Assembly: GCA_963810095.1 (NCBI GenBank)
Contig: CAWEMM010000009.1
Span: 544,001-608,000 of the forward strand
Length of the DNA: 64,000 bases
Source of the DNA: an uncultured Chloroflexia bacterium
Lineage (GTDB): Bacteria; Chloroflexota; Anaerolineae; CG2-30-64-16
Direction of reading: 5' to 3'
Below the pieces are notes generated by a model. That model had not been told where the DNA came from. It saw nothing but the letters and a program-made list of their open reading frames with translations, and ran no database searches. The position numbers were made by a program, and so were the translations under genes. This document shows, one piece after another, positions 28,744 to 40,497 of this stretch; the stretch's first letter is position 1, and each line of letters opens with the position of its first letter.

Positions 28744-29490
28744 GTGGTGACCTTCCTTAAGGCGGAATGGCGGGACCTTCTGCTGGTGAACTACGTGGCC
28801 CCGGTGGAGCTGTTGGCGCGCCACCTGCCGCACGGCGTCGAGTTGGACCTGTACCAGGGCCAGGCGTTGGTGAGCCTCGTCGGCTTCCGGTTTCTGCACA
28901 CCCGGTTGTTGGGCCGCATCCCCGTCCCGTTCCATGTCAACTTTGACGAGCTGAACTTGCGCTTCTACGTCCTCCGCCGGCTGCGCGGCAGCGAAGTGCG
29001 CCGGGGCGTCGTCTTCGTGCGTGAGTACGTCCCGCGGTTCGCCATCGCCGTGACGGCCCGGGTGTTGTACCAGGAACCCTACAGATCCGCACCGATGCGC
29101 CGCCGGCTCGTGCTGGGGGGGCCCGAGCGGGAAGCAGCATACTCCGTCCGCTGGGGCGGGGGGTGGCACACGCTCATTGGGCAGCCCGCGGGCCCGACGG
29201 TCCTCGCGACGAATGATCCTGAAGCCGGCTTCATCGTCGAGCATTACTGGGGTTACACCAGGCGCACCGCCGGCAAGACCGGCGAATACCAGGTGGTACA
29301 CCCGCCGTGGCAGGTGCAGCGCGCCGCTGCGGCCCGGTTCGAGGGCGACCCAAACGCGGTGTACGGCCCCGAGTGGGCGAGCGTGCTGCGGGCGCCGCCC
29401 GTCTCGGCCTTCTTTGCCCAAGGATCGCCCGTAAAGGTGATGGGCGGCTCGACGGCAGCCACGACTGATACAACGGATCGAACTGATTGA
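28744..29490 (+). CDS. YqjF family protein (DUF2071)
   Basis: FLKAEWRDLLLVNY, LPHGVELD, VSLVGF, FDELNLRFYV, RRGVVF, EHYWGY, YQVVHPPW. Confidence 0.88.
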   Translation: MVTFLKAEWRDLLLVNYVAPVELLARHLPHGVELDLYQGQALVSLVGFRFLHTRLLGRIPVPFHVNFDELNLRFYVLRRLRGSEVRRGVVFVREYVPRFAIAVTARVLYQEPYRSAPMRRRLVLGGPEREAAYSVRWGGGWHTLIGQPAGPTVLATNDPEAGFIVEHYWGYTRRTAGKTGEYQVVHPPWQVQRAAAARFEGDPNAVYGPEWASVLRAPPVSAFFAQGSPVKVMGGSTAATTDTTDRTD

Positions 29491-29608
29491 GCTCATCTCC
29501 ACTGTCCTTTAGGGAAAGATCGTGACTATCAGTCCGATCCGTTCAATCAGTGTCCGATTTAATCCTGGTGTCCCATTTCATCCCGCGTTGTCCCGCAGCG
29601 CGAGGTAG
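29462..29608. repeat. Family A element
   Basis: GAACTGATTGA...AAAGATCGTGACTATCAGTCCGATCCGTTCAATCAGTGTCC...CATCCCGCGTTGTCC, shared with 59555-59690. Confidence 0.75.
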
Positions 29609-29636
29609 GTGTTATTTACAGTAATGGAGGGAGAAC

Positions 29637-31070
29637 GTGTCCCAAGCCTCACCCCTGGAACGCGGAACACCCGAAGCGCAGGGCGTTGCCTCGTCGGCAA
29701 TCTCCCACTTCATCGAAGCAGTCGACGCCCGAAATCTCGGTCTGCACAGCTTCATGCTGCTGCGCCACGGCCGGGTCGTTGCGGAAGCGTGGTGGCGGCC
29801 GTTCGCGCCACAGCTGCCCCACATCCTCTACTCGTTAACCAAGAGCTTCACGTCCACGGCGGCCGGGTTCGCGGTCGGCGAGGGCAAGCTGGACCTTGAC
29901 GATCCCGTCCTGAAGTTCTTCCCTGGCGACGCGCCCAAGAACCCGTCCGAGCACTGGCAAGCCATGAAGGTACGTCATCTCCTCAGCATGACTACGGGCC
30001 ACGCAGAAGACCCCGGGGCGCAGGTTAGCCAGTATCCGCCGAGCGAATGGCTGCGCCGCATCTTTGAGACGCCTGTGCCGTACGCACCGGGTACGCACTT
30101 CGTCTACAACAGTACCGCATCGCACCTCGTGTCCATCATCGTGCAGAAGTTGACGGGCCAGAAGCTCGTGAACTTCCTGCGCGACCGACTCTTTCGTCCG
30201 CTCGGCATCAGCCGGCCCTATTGGGAGACCGACCCGATGGGTGCTAACTGGGGCGGGTGGGGGCTGTACCTGCGCACGGACGAGATCGCGCGCTTCGGGC
30301 AGACGCTGCTCCAGCGCGGCGTGTGGCAGGGCCAGCAGGTCATTCCGGCCGGGTGGGTGGACCAGGCCACCCGCAAGCAAGTGCCCAACGGTGACGACCC
30401 GAACAGCGACTGGGCGCAAGGTTATGGTTTCCAGTTCTGGATGTCACGGTATGGCTTCCGGGGCGACGGCGCGTTCGGCCAGTTCTGCGTGGTGCTGCCC
30501 GAGGAAGACGCAGCGCTCGTCACGACTGCCTCCACCCCCGACATGCAGGCCGTCCTGAATGTGGCCTGGGCGACCTTGCTGCCCGGAATGGAGCCCGGCG
30601 CGCTCGGCAGAGAACCCGGGCGCCGCTAGCGGCGCTTCGCGAGCGGTTAGCGGGCCTGGAGATCGAGCATCCTGCAGGCGGCTTCGCGTCCGCATTCGAG
30701 GCGGAGTTGCTGCGCTTCCCGTTCCGGCTCGACCCGAACCCGCTGGGCTGGGAGGCGCTGGCGCTGCGTCGCGACGGCGACGCGCTGACGATGACCCTGA
30801 CCATCGCCGATCAGGAGCCGGTGATCCGGTTCGGAACGCGTGACTGGCAGAACGGCACCCTGCGGCTCGACATGCCTGCAGATTTGCAGGTGGCGGCCAC
30901 GGCCCGCTGGACCGGCGGGATGAGCCTTGAGGCCGTTGCCTGTTACCTGCTCCCGGCCGCGCCGTACGTTCAAGATCAGCTTCACGGTGTATAACGTGGA
31001 AGTGCGCACTACACTGTTCGGCACGTTCGCCACGCCGCAGGAGGTGGTGCTGCACGGCATCCGCTTCTGA
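29637..31070 (+). CDS. Serine hydrolase, beta-lactamase class C-like, with C-terminal extension (frameshifts near 30620 and 30960)
   Basis: YSLTKS (SxxK), RHLLSMTTG, FVYNS, YGFQFW, FRGDGAFGQF. Confidence 0.85.
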
Positions 31071-31173
31071 TGGAAGCGCGTCCCTCCCCTCGTGGCGCAA
31101 CCCTGGCCGGACTCCCTCGTATTAGAGAGCAGATTCGACGGGGACGCGTGATCCTGAAGTTCGGAGGCCGTTG

Positions 31174-32108
31174 ATGAACGACAGAGTGCTGAACGTGAGC
31201 AGCTTTCGCAAGCGTTACGGCGCTAAGACAGTGGTGGACGGGATTTCATTTGCCGTCCACCGGGGGGAGATTTATGGTTTGCTTGGGCCGAATGGCGCGG
31301 GCAAAACCACCACGCTAGAGTGCCTGGAGGGACTGCGCCGGGCCGACGAGGGACACCTCGAGGTCCTTGGAGTCGATCCTGGCCGCCAGCCGGGCAAATT
31401 GCACGAACTGATCGGGGTCCAACTGCAGACCTCTGCGCTGCCCGCCAGCATGACGCCGGCCGAAGCAATGCGCTTCTTCTGCACCTACCACCACAAGCCC
31501 GTGCGTATGGACCTCGTAGACCGCCTCGGCCTGGCCGAGAAGCGGCAGGCACAGTACGGTTCGCTGTCGGTGGGCCAGCAGCGTCGCCTCAGCCTCGCCC
31601 TGGCAGTCGCGCATCGGCCTCCCGTGCTGTTTCTGGATGAGCCGACAGCAGGTCTCGACGTCAACGCGCTGCGCCGAACTGCACGCGCTCATCGGCGAGC
31701 TCAGGGCCGAGGGCACGACCATAATCCTTGCCACCCACGATATGGCCGAGGCGGAGAAGCTCGCGGACCGCGTCGCGATCATGCTGCGCGGCAAGATCGC
31801 GGTGACAGGCACGCCGCTCGAGTTGACGGCCACCGGCGCCGGCCTGACGAAGATTTCTGCCCGGACCGAGGCATCGGCCCTGCAGCACGACGGGCTCATT
31901 TTGCCGTCCGTCGTCCGGGAGCAGAATCGACGGCGACTACGTCGTGTACTTGACAACCGACACAGGCGCGACAGTCACGGCCGTCCTTGACGCAATCAAC
32001 AAGGCTCAGGACAAACTGATCGATTTGCGGGTGGAGCGACCGTCTCTTGAAGAGCGTTTCCTGGAAATCACCGGGCCAGTCGGGGTTGAGAGCGGAGGAG
32101 TTGCATGA
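31174..32108 (+). CDS. ABC transporter ATP-binding protein (frameshifts near 31665 and 31930)
   Basis: GPNGAGKTT, LSVGQQRR, FLDEPTAGLD, THDMAEAE, RPSLEERFL. Confidence 0.9.
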
Positions 32109-32911
32109 CCGCCTTTGCCAATCACTTCGCCTACGAGTTCAAGACCGGACTCCGTAACGCGTCGATGCTCTTCATGAGCTACTTGTTCCCGCTTGGTGTC
32201 TATCTCCTGCTTGCGCTGGTAATGACGGCCGTGAATCCGTTGTTCAAAGCTACCCTGATTCCGGCCATGTGCGTGTTCGCAATGCTGGGGGGTGGGTTGC
32301 TTGGCATGGGGAGCCCGATCGTCGAAGCGCGCGATGCCGGGATCTACCGGAGCTTCAAGATCAATGGTGTGCCCGCGTCGGCCATTATTGCGATCCCCGT
32401 CCTTGCATCGACCGTTCACGTCTTGGTCGTCTCCCTCATCATCACGGTCACTGCAGCACCCTTTTTCGGGGGCGCACTACCCAGTAATGGGCTCGCGTTT
32501 GCCGGCCTGCTCATTCTGGGCGCATTCACCATGTGCAGCATCGGGGCGCTGATTGGGGTGGTGGCCGCGAACGGCCGGGCCGTGCTCGGGCTGTCACAGC
32601 TCATCTTCTTGCCTTCGATGATCTTGGGCGGGCTGATGATGCCGCTCGCCATGCTGCCCCCGGCGATGCAAAAAGTCTCGGCGGTGCTTCCCGCCACTCA
32701 GATCATGCAGGCGATGCAGGGTCTCGCGTACGGGCTGCCCACGGTCCTCGACCCGTTGTTAGCCACTGCCGTCACCGCAGCGGCCGGCCTGCTCGCCTTT
32801 CTGCTGGCGATCTATCTCTTCAACTGGGACAAGCAGAACCAGGCGCGGCGGGGCCATCCCGCCCTTGCCATCCTTGCGATGGCGCCGTATGTCCTGGCGC
32901 TCCTATTCTGA
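32105..32911 (+). CDS. ABC-2 type permease
   Basis: Six or more TM helices, EARDAGI, LGGLMMPLAMLP. Confidence 0.9.
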   Translation: MTAFANHFAYEFKTGLRNASMLFMSYLFPLGVYLLLALVMTAVNPLFKATLIPAMCVFAMLGGGLLGMGSPIVEARDAGIYRSFKINGVPASAIIAIPVLASTVHVLVVSLIITVTAAPFFGGALPSNGLAFAGLLILGAFTMCSIGALIGVVAANGRAVLGLSQLIFLPSMILGGLMMPLAMLPPAMQKVSAVLPATQIMQAMQGLAYGLPTVLDPLLATAVTAAAGLLAFLLAIYLFNWDKQNQARRGHPALAILAMAPYVLALLF

Positions 32912-32936
32912 ACCGAGTCGCCTCCCGACATCTCAG

Positions 32937-32972
32937 CCTGACCTCCGAGGTTCCAAGACTTCGGAGGTTTTT
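32937..32972. repeat. Family D palindrome / terminator
   Basis: ACCTCCGAGGT-TCCAAG-ACTTCGGAGGT-TTTT. Confidence 0.6.
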
Positions 32973-33077
32973 CTGTCTGTTTCACCAGTGGCTTCTTATG
33001 GCGCACCGTTCAGTCCTGAGGCCTTTTGCCGCGTGCCTTTCCGTGGTACACTGCCGCCCACTAATTGACAGGAGAAC

Positions 33078-35270
33078 ATGATGCCCGTTGAATACAAGCC
33101 GGCACGGCCGGTAAAGCCCGAGGACGTCGCAACCGTTCCGGCGCCCGGCCTTGCCCAGCCGGTCGACTTCCAGTTCAGCCCCGACGATGCGGTGATCACG
33201 TTTTTGCTCAGCCCCGACCGGTCGCGCACCCGCCAGCTCTACGGGTTTGAACCGGCCAGCGGCAGCCGCGGCATCTTCTTTGAGCCGCCTTCCACCGGGG
33301 CCACGGACGAAAACGTCTCGCTCGAGGAGGCGCTGCGCCGGGAGCGCGCACGCCAGTGGGGGAGCGGCGTGACCGACTACGCATGGGCGCAGCATGCCCC
33401 CGTCCTCATGGCGCCCTTGCCCGACGGCGTCTATGTTCAGGACGCGCACGGGCTGCGCCGGGCGATCGACGGGGCCGTGCAAGGCGCTCGCCTTTCGCCC
33501 GACGGCTCGCAGATCGCCTTTGTGCGCGACGGCGACCTGTGGGTGGTTGCCTCGGCCGGCGGCGCGCCACGGGCCTTGACCACGGGGGCGGGCAAAGCTG
33601 GGGTGACTCGTGGGCTCGCGGAGTTCGTCGCCGCTGAGGAGATGGGGCGCCACGAAGGGTTCTGGTGGTCGCCCGACGGGCAGATGATCGCGTTCGCCGA
33701 GGTGGATGAGCAGCACATCCCGATTTATCGCATCGTGCACCAGGGAAAGGACCGGGTGGGCGAGGGTGCGCAGGAAGATCATCACTATCCGTTTGCCGGC
33801 GCCGCAAATGCCCTGGTGCGCCTGGGCGTCGTCGAGGTGGCGACGGGCGAGACGGTGTGGATGAACGTGGCGGCGGGTGGACCCAACCCCGGCAGCTACG
33901 AGTACCTGGCGCGCGTCAGGTGGCTCCCATCGGGCGAGCTGCTGGCCCTGCTGCAAGACCGGCGTCAGTTGAACCAGGACTGGCTGCGCTTCGACCCGCG
34001 CACGGGCCAGGGGCGACTGCTGCTGCACGAGCAGAGCCGGGTCTGGCTGAATCTGCACGACCTCTTTCACCCGCTCCCCGCCGATTACCCCCATGCGCCC
34101 GGCGGCTTTATCTGGGCGACCGAGGGCCGCGGCTTCCGCCACCTCCAGATGTACGACGCAAACGGCCGCCCGGTCCGCGCCCTCACCGAGGGCGAATGGC
34201 TTGTCGAGACGCTTGACGGGGTGGATGAGAGCGCCGGCACCGTCTACTTCACCGCCACGGAGGCAGGCGCGACCGAGCGTCAACTATACCGGGTGTCGCT
34301 GGCGGGCGGCAAGCCGAGCCGGATCACGACCGCGGCCGGCATTCACCAGGTCAAGCTGGACCACGCCTGCCGCCGGTTCGTGGACGTGGTCGATTCGCTC
34401 ACCCAGCCCCCGCGCGTGACCGTGCGCTCGCTTGCCGACGATGCGGAGCTCGCAGTCATTTACGAGACCGACGATCCCCGCATTGGTGAGTTGGGCCTCC
34501 TGCCGCCCGAATTGGTCACGGTGCCCAATCGTGCGGGCGAAATGCTGCACGGGCTGCTCTACCGGCCGGCCGCGTCCCGATTCGGCGACGGTCCCTATCC
34601 GGTGATTGTCGACGTCTACGGTGGACCCCATGCGCAGCGTGTGTTGAACGCGTGGCGCGGCACGGCCAACATGCGCGCACAATACCTGTGCAGCCTGGGC
34701 TTCCTCGTGTTCATCCTGGACAACCGGGGGAGCGCGGGCCGCGGGCTGCAGTTTGAGGCCGCGATCCGGTGGGATATGGGGAATGCGGAGGTGCAAGACC
34801 AGGTGGACGGGGTCCGCTGGCTGGTGGAGCAGGGGCTGGGCGACCGCAACCGGGTCGGCGTGTACGGCTGGAGCTACGGCGGCTACATGGCGCTCATGTG
34901 TCTCGCCCGCGCGCCCGAGACGTTTCACGTTGCGGTGGCAGGCGCGCCCGTCACGAATATGGACGGCTACGACACGCACTACACGGAGCGCTACATGGGT
35001 TTGCCCCAGGAGAACGCAGAAGGTTACTGGTCGAGCAGCGTTATGGCACACGTGGCGGACATCGCCGGCCGCCTGCTGCTGGTTCACGGTTTGATCGACG
35101 AGAACGTCCACTTCCGGCACACCGCACGGTTAATCAACGCCTTGATCCGGGCACGGGTGCCCTATGAGTTGATGCTCTTCCCCGACGAACGTCACATGCC
35201 GCGCCGCCTGGAAGATCGTGTCTACATGGAAGATCGGATCAGGGACTTTTTCAATCTGAATCTGCGTTAG
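33078..35270 (+). CDS. Dipeptidyl peptidase IV family S9 peptidase
   Basis: AAEEM..GFWWSPDG, YPFAG, YGGP, GWSYGG, HGLIDENVH, ERH. Confidence 0.95.
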   Translation: MMPVEYKPARPVKPEDVATVPAPGLAQPVDFQFSPDDAVITFLLSPDRSRTRQLYGFEPASGSRGIFFEPPSTGATDENVSLEEALRRERARQWGSGVTDYAWAQHAPVLMAPLPDGVYVQDAHGLRRAIDGAVQGARLSPDGSQIAFVRDGDLWVVASAGGAPRALTTGAGKAGVTRGLAEFVAAEEMGRHEGFWWSPDGQMIAFAEVDEQHIPIYRIVHQGKDRVGEGAQEDHHYPFAGAANALVRLGVVEVATGETVWMNVAAGGPNPGSYEYLARVRWLPSGELLALLQDRRQLNQDWLRFDPRTGQGRLLLHEQSRVWLNLHDLFHPLPADYPHAPGGFIWATEGRGFRHLQMYDANGRPVRALTEGEWLVETLDGVDESAGTVYFTATEAGATERQLYRVSLAGGKPSRITTAAGIHQVKLDHACRRFVDVVDSLTQPPRVTVRSLADDAELAVIYETDDPRIGELGLLPPELVTVPNRAGEMLHGLLYRPAASRFGDGPYPVIVDVYGGPHAQRVLNAWRGTANMRAQYLCSLGFLVFILDNRGSAGRGLQFEAAIRWDMGNAEVQDQVDGVRWLVEQGLGDRNRVGVYGWSYGGYMALMCLARAPETFHVAVAGAPVTNMDGYDTHYTERYMGLPQENAEGYWSSSVMAHVADIAGRLLLVHGLIDENVHFRHTARLINALIRARVPYELMLFPDERHMPRRLEDRVYMEDRIRDFFNLNLR

Positions 35271-35520
35271 CGGGCAAGGACCGGCTTAGGCCGGAGGCCA
35301 GGCTTTCTGCGTGGGCAGCCCGCGCGGGAAGCCTGGCTTTTGTTTTGGGGAACATCTCTGGCGGTTTGTCCGTCAACCTCTATCCCTGAAGCAAGTGGGG
35401 CAATCCACACGCTCACTGCCAGCCGGTCACGCGCCAATTTCCTTCTTCCAAGGGAAGCCGGTGCGTCAAACCGACCATACGAACGGCATAAGCGGAGGTG
35501 AAAGTTGATCGTATCTCGAC

Positions 35521-36497
35521 GTGACGATGATCGTGCAAGCGCACGCCGCCGCGTTTTGGCTCAAGGTTGCCCTCGTGCTGATGGGCATTCTGGCACTCGT
35601 GATTGCAGGGACGGTCTCCGCGGGTGCGCAGGCCGCGACCGGCGCAGCAGTATTCCCCAAGATCCTGCCGCTGCCCAACGGCTGGGCGCCCGAAGGCATC
35701 GCGACCGGCCGCGGGACGGACTTCTACGTCGGCTCGCTTTCGACCGGCGGGGTCTACAAGGGCGACCTGCGCACGGGCGAAGGCGCAGTGCTGAACGAGG
35801 GCGCGCCCGGCCGCGCGCTGACGGGGTTGAAGGTTGACAAGCGGACGAACTATGTGTTTGCCGCCGGCGCCGCCAGTGGCAAGGCGTTCGTCTTCGACGG
35901 GAGCACCGGAGCGCTGCTCGCCGAATACCAGCTGGCGACTGCGACGCCGACGTTCATCAATGACGAGGTCATTACCGCGACGCAGTTTACTTCACCGACT
36001 CCATGCAGGCCTTCATCTACAAGCTGCCCCTCGGTCCCGGGGGTCAGTTGCCAGACCCTTCGCAGATCGAGCGCATCCCGTTGAGCGGCGACTACCAGTT
36101 GGTGCCGGGATTCAATGCAAACGGGATTGATGCACCGTTCAACGGCAAGGTGTTGATCATCGTGCAAAGCGCAACCGGGTCTCTGTTCACCGTCGACCCC
36201 AACAGCGGTTACGCGAAGAAGGTCGATCTTCACGGCGGTTCGGTGCCCAACGGCGACGGCATCCTGCTCGACGGCAAAACCCTGTACGTCGTGCAGAACC
36301 AGGACAACAAGATTGCGGTGATCGATCTGAAGATCACGCAGAACGCGGGGACGATCACGGGGTACATCACAGATCCCGCGTTTCGGGTTCCCACCACAAT
36401 CGCGCAGTTTGGGACCTGGCTGTACGCGGTAAACGCGCGCTTCGGCACGCCCGTCACGCCCGATACGGAGTACGAAGCCGTGCGGGTCAACAAGTAA
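35521..36497 (+). CDS. Secreted SMP-30/gluconolactonase-like beta-propeller protein (frameshift near 35975)
   Basis: Signal peptide; PEGIA, FINDxV, YFTDS, ANGI, GDGILLDGKTLYVVQN, PTT. Confidence 0.8.
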
Positions 36498-36517
36498 CGC
36501 TGCGGCAAGGTAACCCG

Positions 36518-36553
36518 TGTTTCATGTGCCGGCCTCGACCGGCACATGAAACA
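36518..36553. terminator. Perfect 15-bp hairpin
   Basis: TGTTTCATGTGCCGG-6 nt-CCGGCACATGAAACA after the stop codon. Confidence 0.7.
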
Positions 36554-36713
36554 TCGTTTCGCCTCGACCCGCGCAAACAGGCAGATAGCGGCTGCTTCAG
36601 ATCAGCCGGTGACATGAGCCGCGGTCCTCTTGTGATACAATGCGCCCACTAACTGCCGGGTCTTCCCCAGCCGGTGTGCGACTCGGCGCAGCACTCATCC
36701 ATGTGAGGCCAGC

Positions 36714-37061
36714 ATGCAGAGCAAGTCCATTGTGATTGTCTTTAAGTCGGACGGCATGGGTCAAACGAGCAATCAGGAGCTTCGCGTCCAACTCGCGCGC
36801 AAGTTCCTCACCCTCGTTCGCGATGCGGACCCCCTACCGTCGGCCATCTGCTTTTACACAGACGGCGTGCGCCTCGCCTGCACCGGTTCCCCCCTCCTCC
36901 CCGAGTTGCGCGCCCTTGAAGCACTCGGGGTTCACCTCGTGCTGTGCAAAACGTGCCTCGACGCGTTCGGCCTTGCGGACGAGGTGCAGGTGGGGATTGT
37001 GGGCGGTATGCCCGACATCATTACGGCCATGTGGTCGGCCGATACGGTCATCGACCTGTAA
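36714..37061 (+). CDS. DsrE family / YedF-like sulfurtransferase domain protein
   Basis: DGMG, ICFYTDGVRL, LCKTCLDAFGL, VGIVGGMPDI. Confidence 0.85.
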   Translation: MQSKSIVIVFKSDGMGQTSNQELRVQLARKFLTLVRDADPLPSAICFYTDGVRLACTGSPLLPELRALEALGVHLVLCKTCLDAFGLADEVQVGIVGGMPDIITAMWSADTVIDL

Positions 37062-37206
37062 TCATCTGCCCGTGTTTGTCACTGAGGTCTGACAGAACGC
37101 AGCGGTTGAGCGAGGAAATGTCGGGATCCCGGGCCGCTCTCATTCCCTTGCCGGCACGCTCTGAGCCCTCCGTGACCTCTGCGGCAACCTACGCTATAAT
37201 TCCCTT

Positions 37207-38571
37207 ATGAATACAATGCCCGCTTTCCAGGACGATCTCCCGCGCGATCTGGGCGACGGGCTGCTGCTGCGTCGCTCGACCCGTGCCGACGCCGAGCCGC
37301 TCGCCGAATTCAACCGCTGGATCCACACTGACGACCCCGGCGAGCCCGACGAGGGTGTCGCGGTGTGGACGCGCGAGCTGCTGAGCGGCCGGCACCCCAC
37401 CTTCGGGGAAGGGGACTTCACCGTCGTCGTCGAAAAGGCAACGGGCCGCATCGTCTCGTGCCTCAACTTGATCTCGCAGACGTGGACGTATGGCCCGCCT
37501 TCCGCCGCAGTGCCGTTCGGCGTCGGCCGTGTCGAACTTGTGGGCACCCTGCCGGAATACCGCAAGCGCGGGCTCGTCCGCACCCAGATGGAAGTCGTTC
37601 ACGGGTGGAGTGCGGCGCGCGGCGAGCTGATCCAGGGCATCACAGGGATCCCGAACTACTACCGCCAGTTCGGCTACGAGATGGCCTTGAGCCTGAGCGG
37701 CGGCCGTTGGTGCTACAAGTCCGCCATACCCCAGCTGAAGGAAGGCCAACCCGAGCCCTTCGTCCTCCGCCCCGTGACCGAGGCCGACGTGCCGTTCGTC
37801 CTTGCAGTGGACGGGCAGGCAAGGGCCCGCTCGCTTGTCAGCGCGGTGCGCGACGCCGACCTGTGGCGCTACGACCTGTTCGGTCACTTCCCTGGTCACT
37901 GCAATGCGCTGGAATGGCGCATTATCCAGGCAGCCGGCGGCGAGGCGGCGGGCCTCCTGGGCTTCGTCGGCTATCCGTGGGGCCGCGATCGGGTGGGCGT
38001 GCTCTACATCGAGCTGGCGCCGGGCTGGTCGTATGTCGAGGCGGCCGCCAGCATTCTGCGAGGCGCGAAGGCCGAGGGGGAAGCCGTGTGCGCCGCGCGC
38101 GGAAAGACGCTCGAGACCCTCCACATCGGCTTAGGCGAGTCGCACGCGTTCTACGAGGCGAACCGCATCCGGCTGGCCGTCGAGCGCCGCGCGTACGCGT
38201 GGTACATCCGCGTGCCCGACGTCGTCAACTTCCTCCGGCACATCACCCCTGCGCTCGAGGCGCGCCTGGCAGATTCGTGGGCGGCCGGCCACACGGGGGA
38301 GCTCAAGATCAGCTTCTTCCGCTCGGGAGTGCGGCTCGGCCTCACCCGGGGCAAGCTAACCGCCGTCGAGCCGTGGACGCCCCGGGTGCACGACGACGAC
38401 GGCGACGTCGAATTGCCCGGGCTTACCTTCCTGCAGATGCTGTTCGGCTTCCGCAGCCTGGACGAACTGCTGGCCGCGTACCCCGACGCCATGGGAAACA
38501 ACGACGAAGGCCGCGGCCTGCTGACCGCGCTCTTCCCGCGCCAGCGCAGCCGGTTCCTCGGCCTATACTAG
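37207..38571 (+). CDS. Eis-like GNAT acetyltransferase
   Basis: VGTLPEYRKRGL, YYRQFGYE, tandem GNAT plus SCP2-like C-terminus. Confidence 0.85.
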   Translation: MNTMPAFQDDLPRDLGDGLLLRRSTRADAEPLAEFNRWIHTDDPGEPDEGVAVWTRELLSGRHPTFGEGDFTVVVEKATGRIVSCLNLISQTWTYGPPSAAVPFGVGRVELVGTLPEYRKRGLVRTQMEVVHGWSAARGELIQGITGIPNYYRQFGYEMALSLSGGRWCYKSAIPQLKEGQPEPFVLRPVTEADVPFVLAVDGQARARSLVSAVRDADLWRYDLFGHFPGHCNALEWRIIQAAGGEAAGLLGFVGYPWGRDRVGVLYIELAPGWSYVEAAASILRGAKAEGEAVCAARGKTLETLHIGLGESHAFYEANRIRLAVERRAYAWYIRVPDVVNFLRHITPALEARLADSWAAGHTGELKISFFRSGVRLGLTRGKLTAVEPWTPRVHDDDGDVELPGLTFLQMLFGFRSLDELLAAYPDAMGNNDEGRGLLTALFPRQRSRFLGLY

Positions 38572-38645
38572 GGCAAGCAAGCTAGGGCAAGCAAGCGGGT
38601 TTCTAAGATTCCCGCAAACCCACACGGGCTGACAAGGAGGTCATC

Positions 38646-40383
38646 TTGGTCGAAGTCCCAACCCGGCGGGGGGTGCCCCAGTGCACCTTCGAGCATTACG
38701 AGCAGTTCTATGCCGACCGCCATCTGTGTCACGGCGTTATCGCGACCTGGGCAAAGGCAAAGCCGGACGCGCTGGCCTTTGTCAACGCGGATACCGGCGT
38801 CGAGGTCACCTGGCAGCGTTTCGAGCAAGCCGCTACTGCCTTCGCGCTCAAGCTGCTCGAAATGGGCTTTCAGAAGGGCGACTTCTTCGCCACTTCGTTG
38901 CCCATGCTCACCGAGCACATCTTTCTCGAATATGCCTGCTTTAAGATCGGCGTCATTTACACGCCGCTCGACCTGCGCCTTAAGGGGCCCGAGGTCATCC
39001 GCAGCCTGACACTGATCCATGCCAAGGGCTACGCATTCCTGGGCAAGACGCCGAACGCCGACTTCGGCGAACTGGGCAAGGCCGTTCAGGCCACCTGTCC
39101 GTTTGTCGAGCACCTGATCCAGTTCGCCCCGCCAAGTGAGACCATCCCCGGCGCCAAGTCGGCCTTCACGCTTGCTGCGGAGGCGGAAGCCTTGGCGAAG
39201 GAGGCGCTGGCGAACCCCGCCGCGTCCCCGGTCCTAGCCCGGTACATGGCCCTGACAGGCTCCATCACGGCCGATGACGGTGCGATGGTCATCTTCACCA
39301 CCGGCTCCACAGGCTACCCTAAGCCGGCCTTGCTGTCGCACAAAAACATCACCGTTCAGAATATGTGCCTGGGCACCTGGTTCGGAAGGGGCGAGGAGAC
39401 GCGCCTGCTGGTCAACCTGCCGCCCTCGCATGTCGGCGGCCAGGCCGAGCAGTTGATGACGACTTTCTTCCTGGGCGGGACGGCGATCATCCTGCACATC
39501 TTCGACCCGATGAAGTCGCTCGCCGCAGTACAGAAGTACAAAGCCAACGTGCTGGGCCAGATCCCGGCGCTCTTCAACCTCGAGTGGCGGCTGCCAGACT
39601 ACGAGCAGTACGACCTGTCGTCGCTCGATTTCGCACTCTACGGCGGGCAGCAGGTGTCGCGCCAGTTCCTCGAGCGGCTGCACGCAGATGGCTCCCCGCT
39701 TTGGTACCGGCCTGGGCCTGACCGAGTGCGGAGGTTTCTGCACGTACAGCACGCTGACAGGCACCGTCGACGATATCCTGGCGAGCGTGGGCTATGACAT
39801 GCCCGTCTACCCGCTCACGATCCGCGCGCCGATGCGCGACGACGGCCGGGCGGGCGACGAGCTACCGGAAGGCGAGACAGGCGCGGTCTGCTTCCACGGC
39901 CCACAGACCTTCCTCGGCTATGTCAACGACCCAGCAGCGACGGCGAGGGCCATCTCTTCGGATGGCTACCTGTACACGGGCGACGTGGGGTTCGTGGACG
40001 ATCTTGGCCTGCACTTCTCGGGCCGGGCAAAGTGGATCATCAAACCGAAGGGGTACCAGGTGTTCCCGGGGCAGGTCGAAGACTTCCTCTGCGAGCTGCG
40101 CGACAAGGTAGCGACTGCGGGCGTGGTCGGCGCAGAGCACAGCGTCTTCTCAGAGAGCATCGTCGCGTTCGTCGAAAAACGCCCCGGCGTGGAGGTTACG
40201 ACGGACGAGCTGGAGCGGTATGCTCTGGGCCTCGCATCCTACATGCGCCCGCTCCATTACGTGATCCTGGAGCCCGGCGGCCTGCCCCTCAACCGGGTGT
40301 CAAAGACGGACTATGTGCGGCTGAGCGAATTGGCGAAGGAAGAAGTGGCCCGGCTCAGGGCGGCGGGGGGCTGGGATAGCTAG
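38646..40383 (+). CDS. Acyl-CoA synthetase / AMP-binding enzyme (frameshift near 39685)
   Basis: FTTGSTGYPK, GLTE, FLGY, YTGDVG, GRAKWIIKPKGYQVFP, LPLNRVSK. Confidence 0.9.
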
Positions 40384-40480
40384 AATGGGCCGCCGATCGA
40401 ACTGATCGGATTGATTTCGACTGATCTGCTCAGGCAAGAGCGCGAAAATCAGTGCAATCAGTTAGATCAGCGTCCCATTC
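40384..40480. repeat. Family A element
   Basis: AATGGGCCGCCGATCGAACTGAT...ATCAGTTAGATCAGCGTCCCATT. Confidence 0.7.
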
Positions 40481-40497
40481 CAAACTGTGGAGGCGGA

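Noticed and set aside
35521-36497. Superoxide dismutase label often given to this family
   Set aside because: No Cu/Zn SOD His ligands or domain; only beta-propeller motifs are present.
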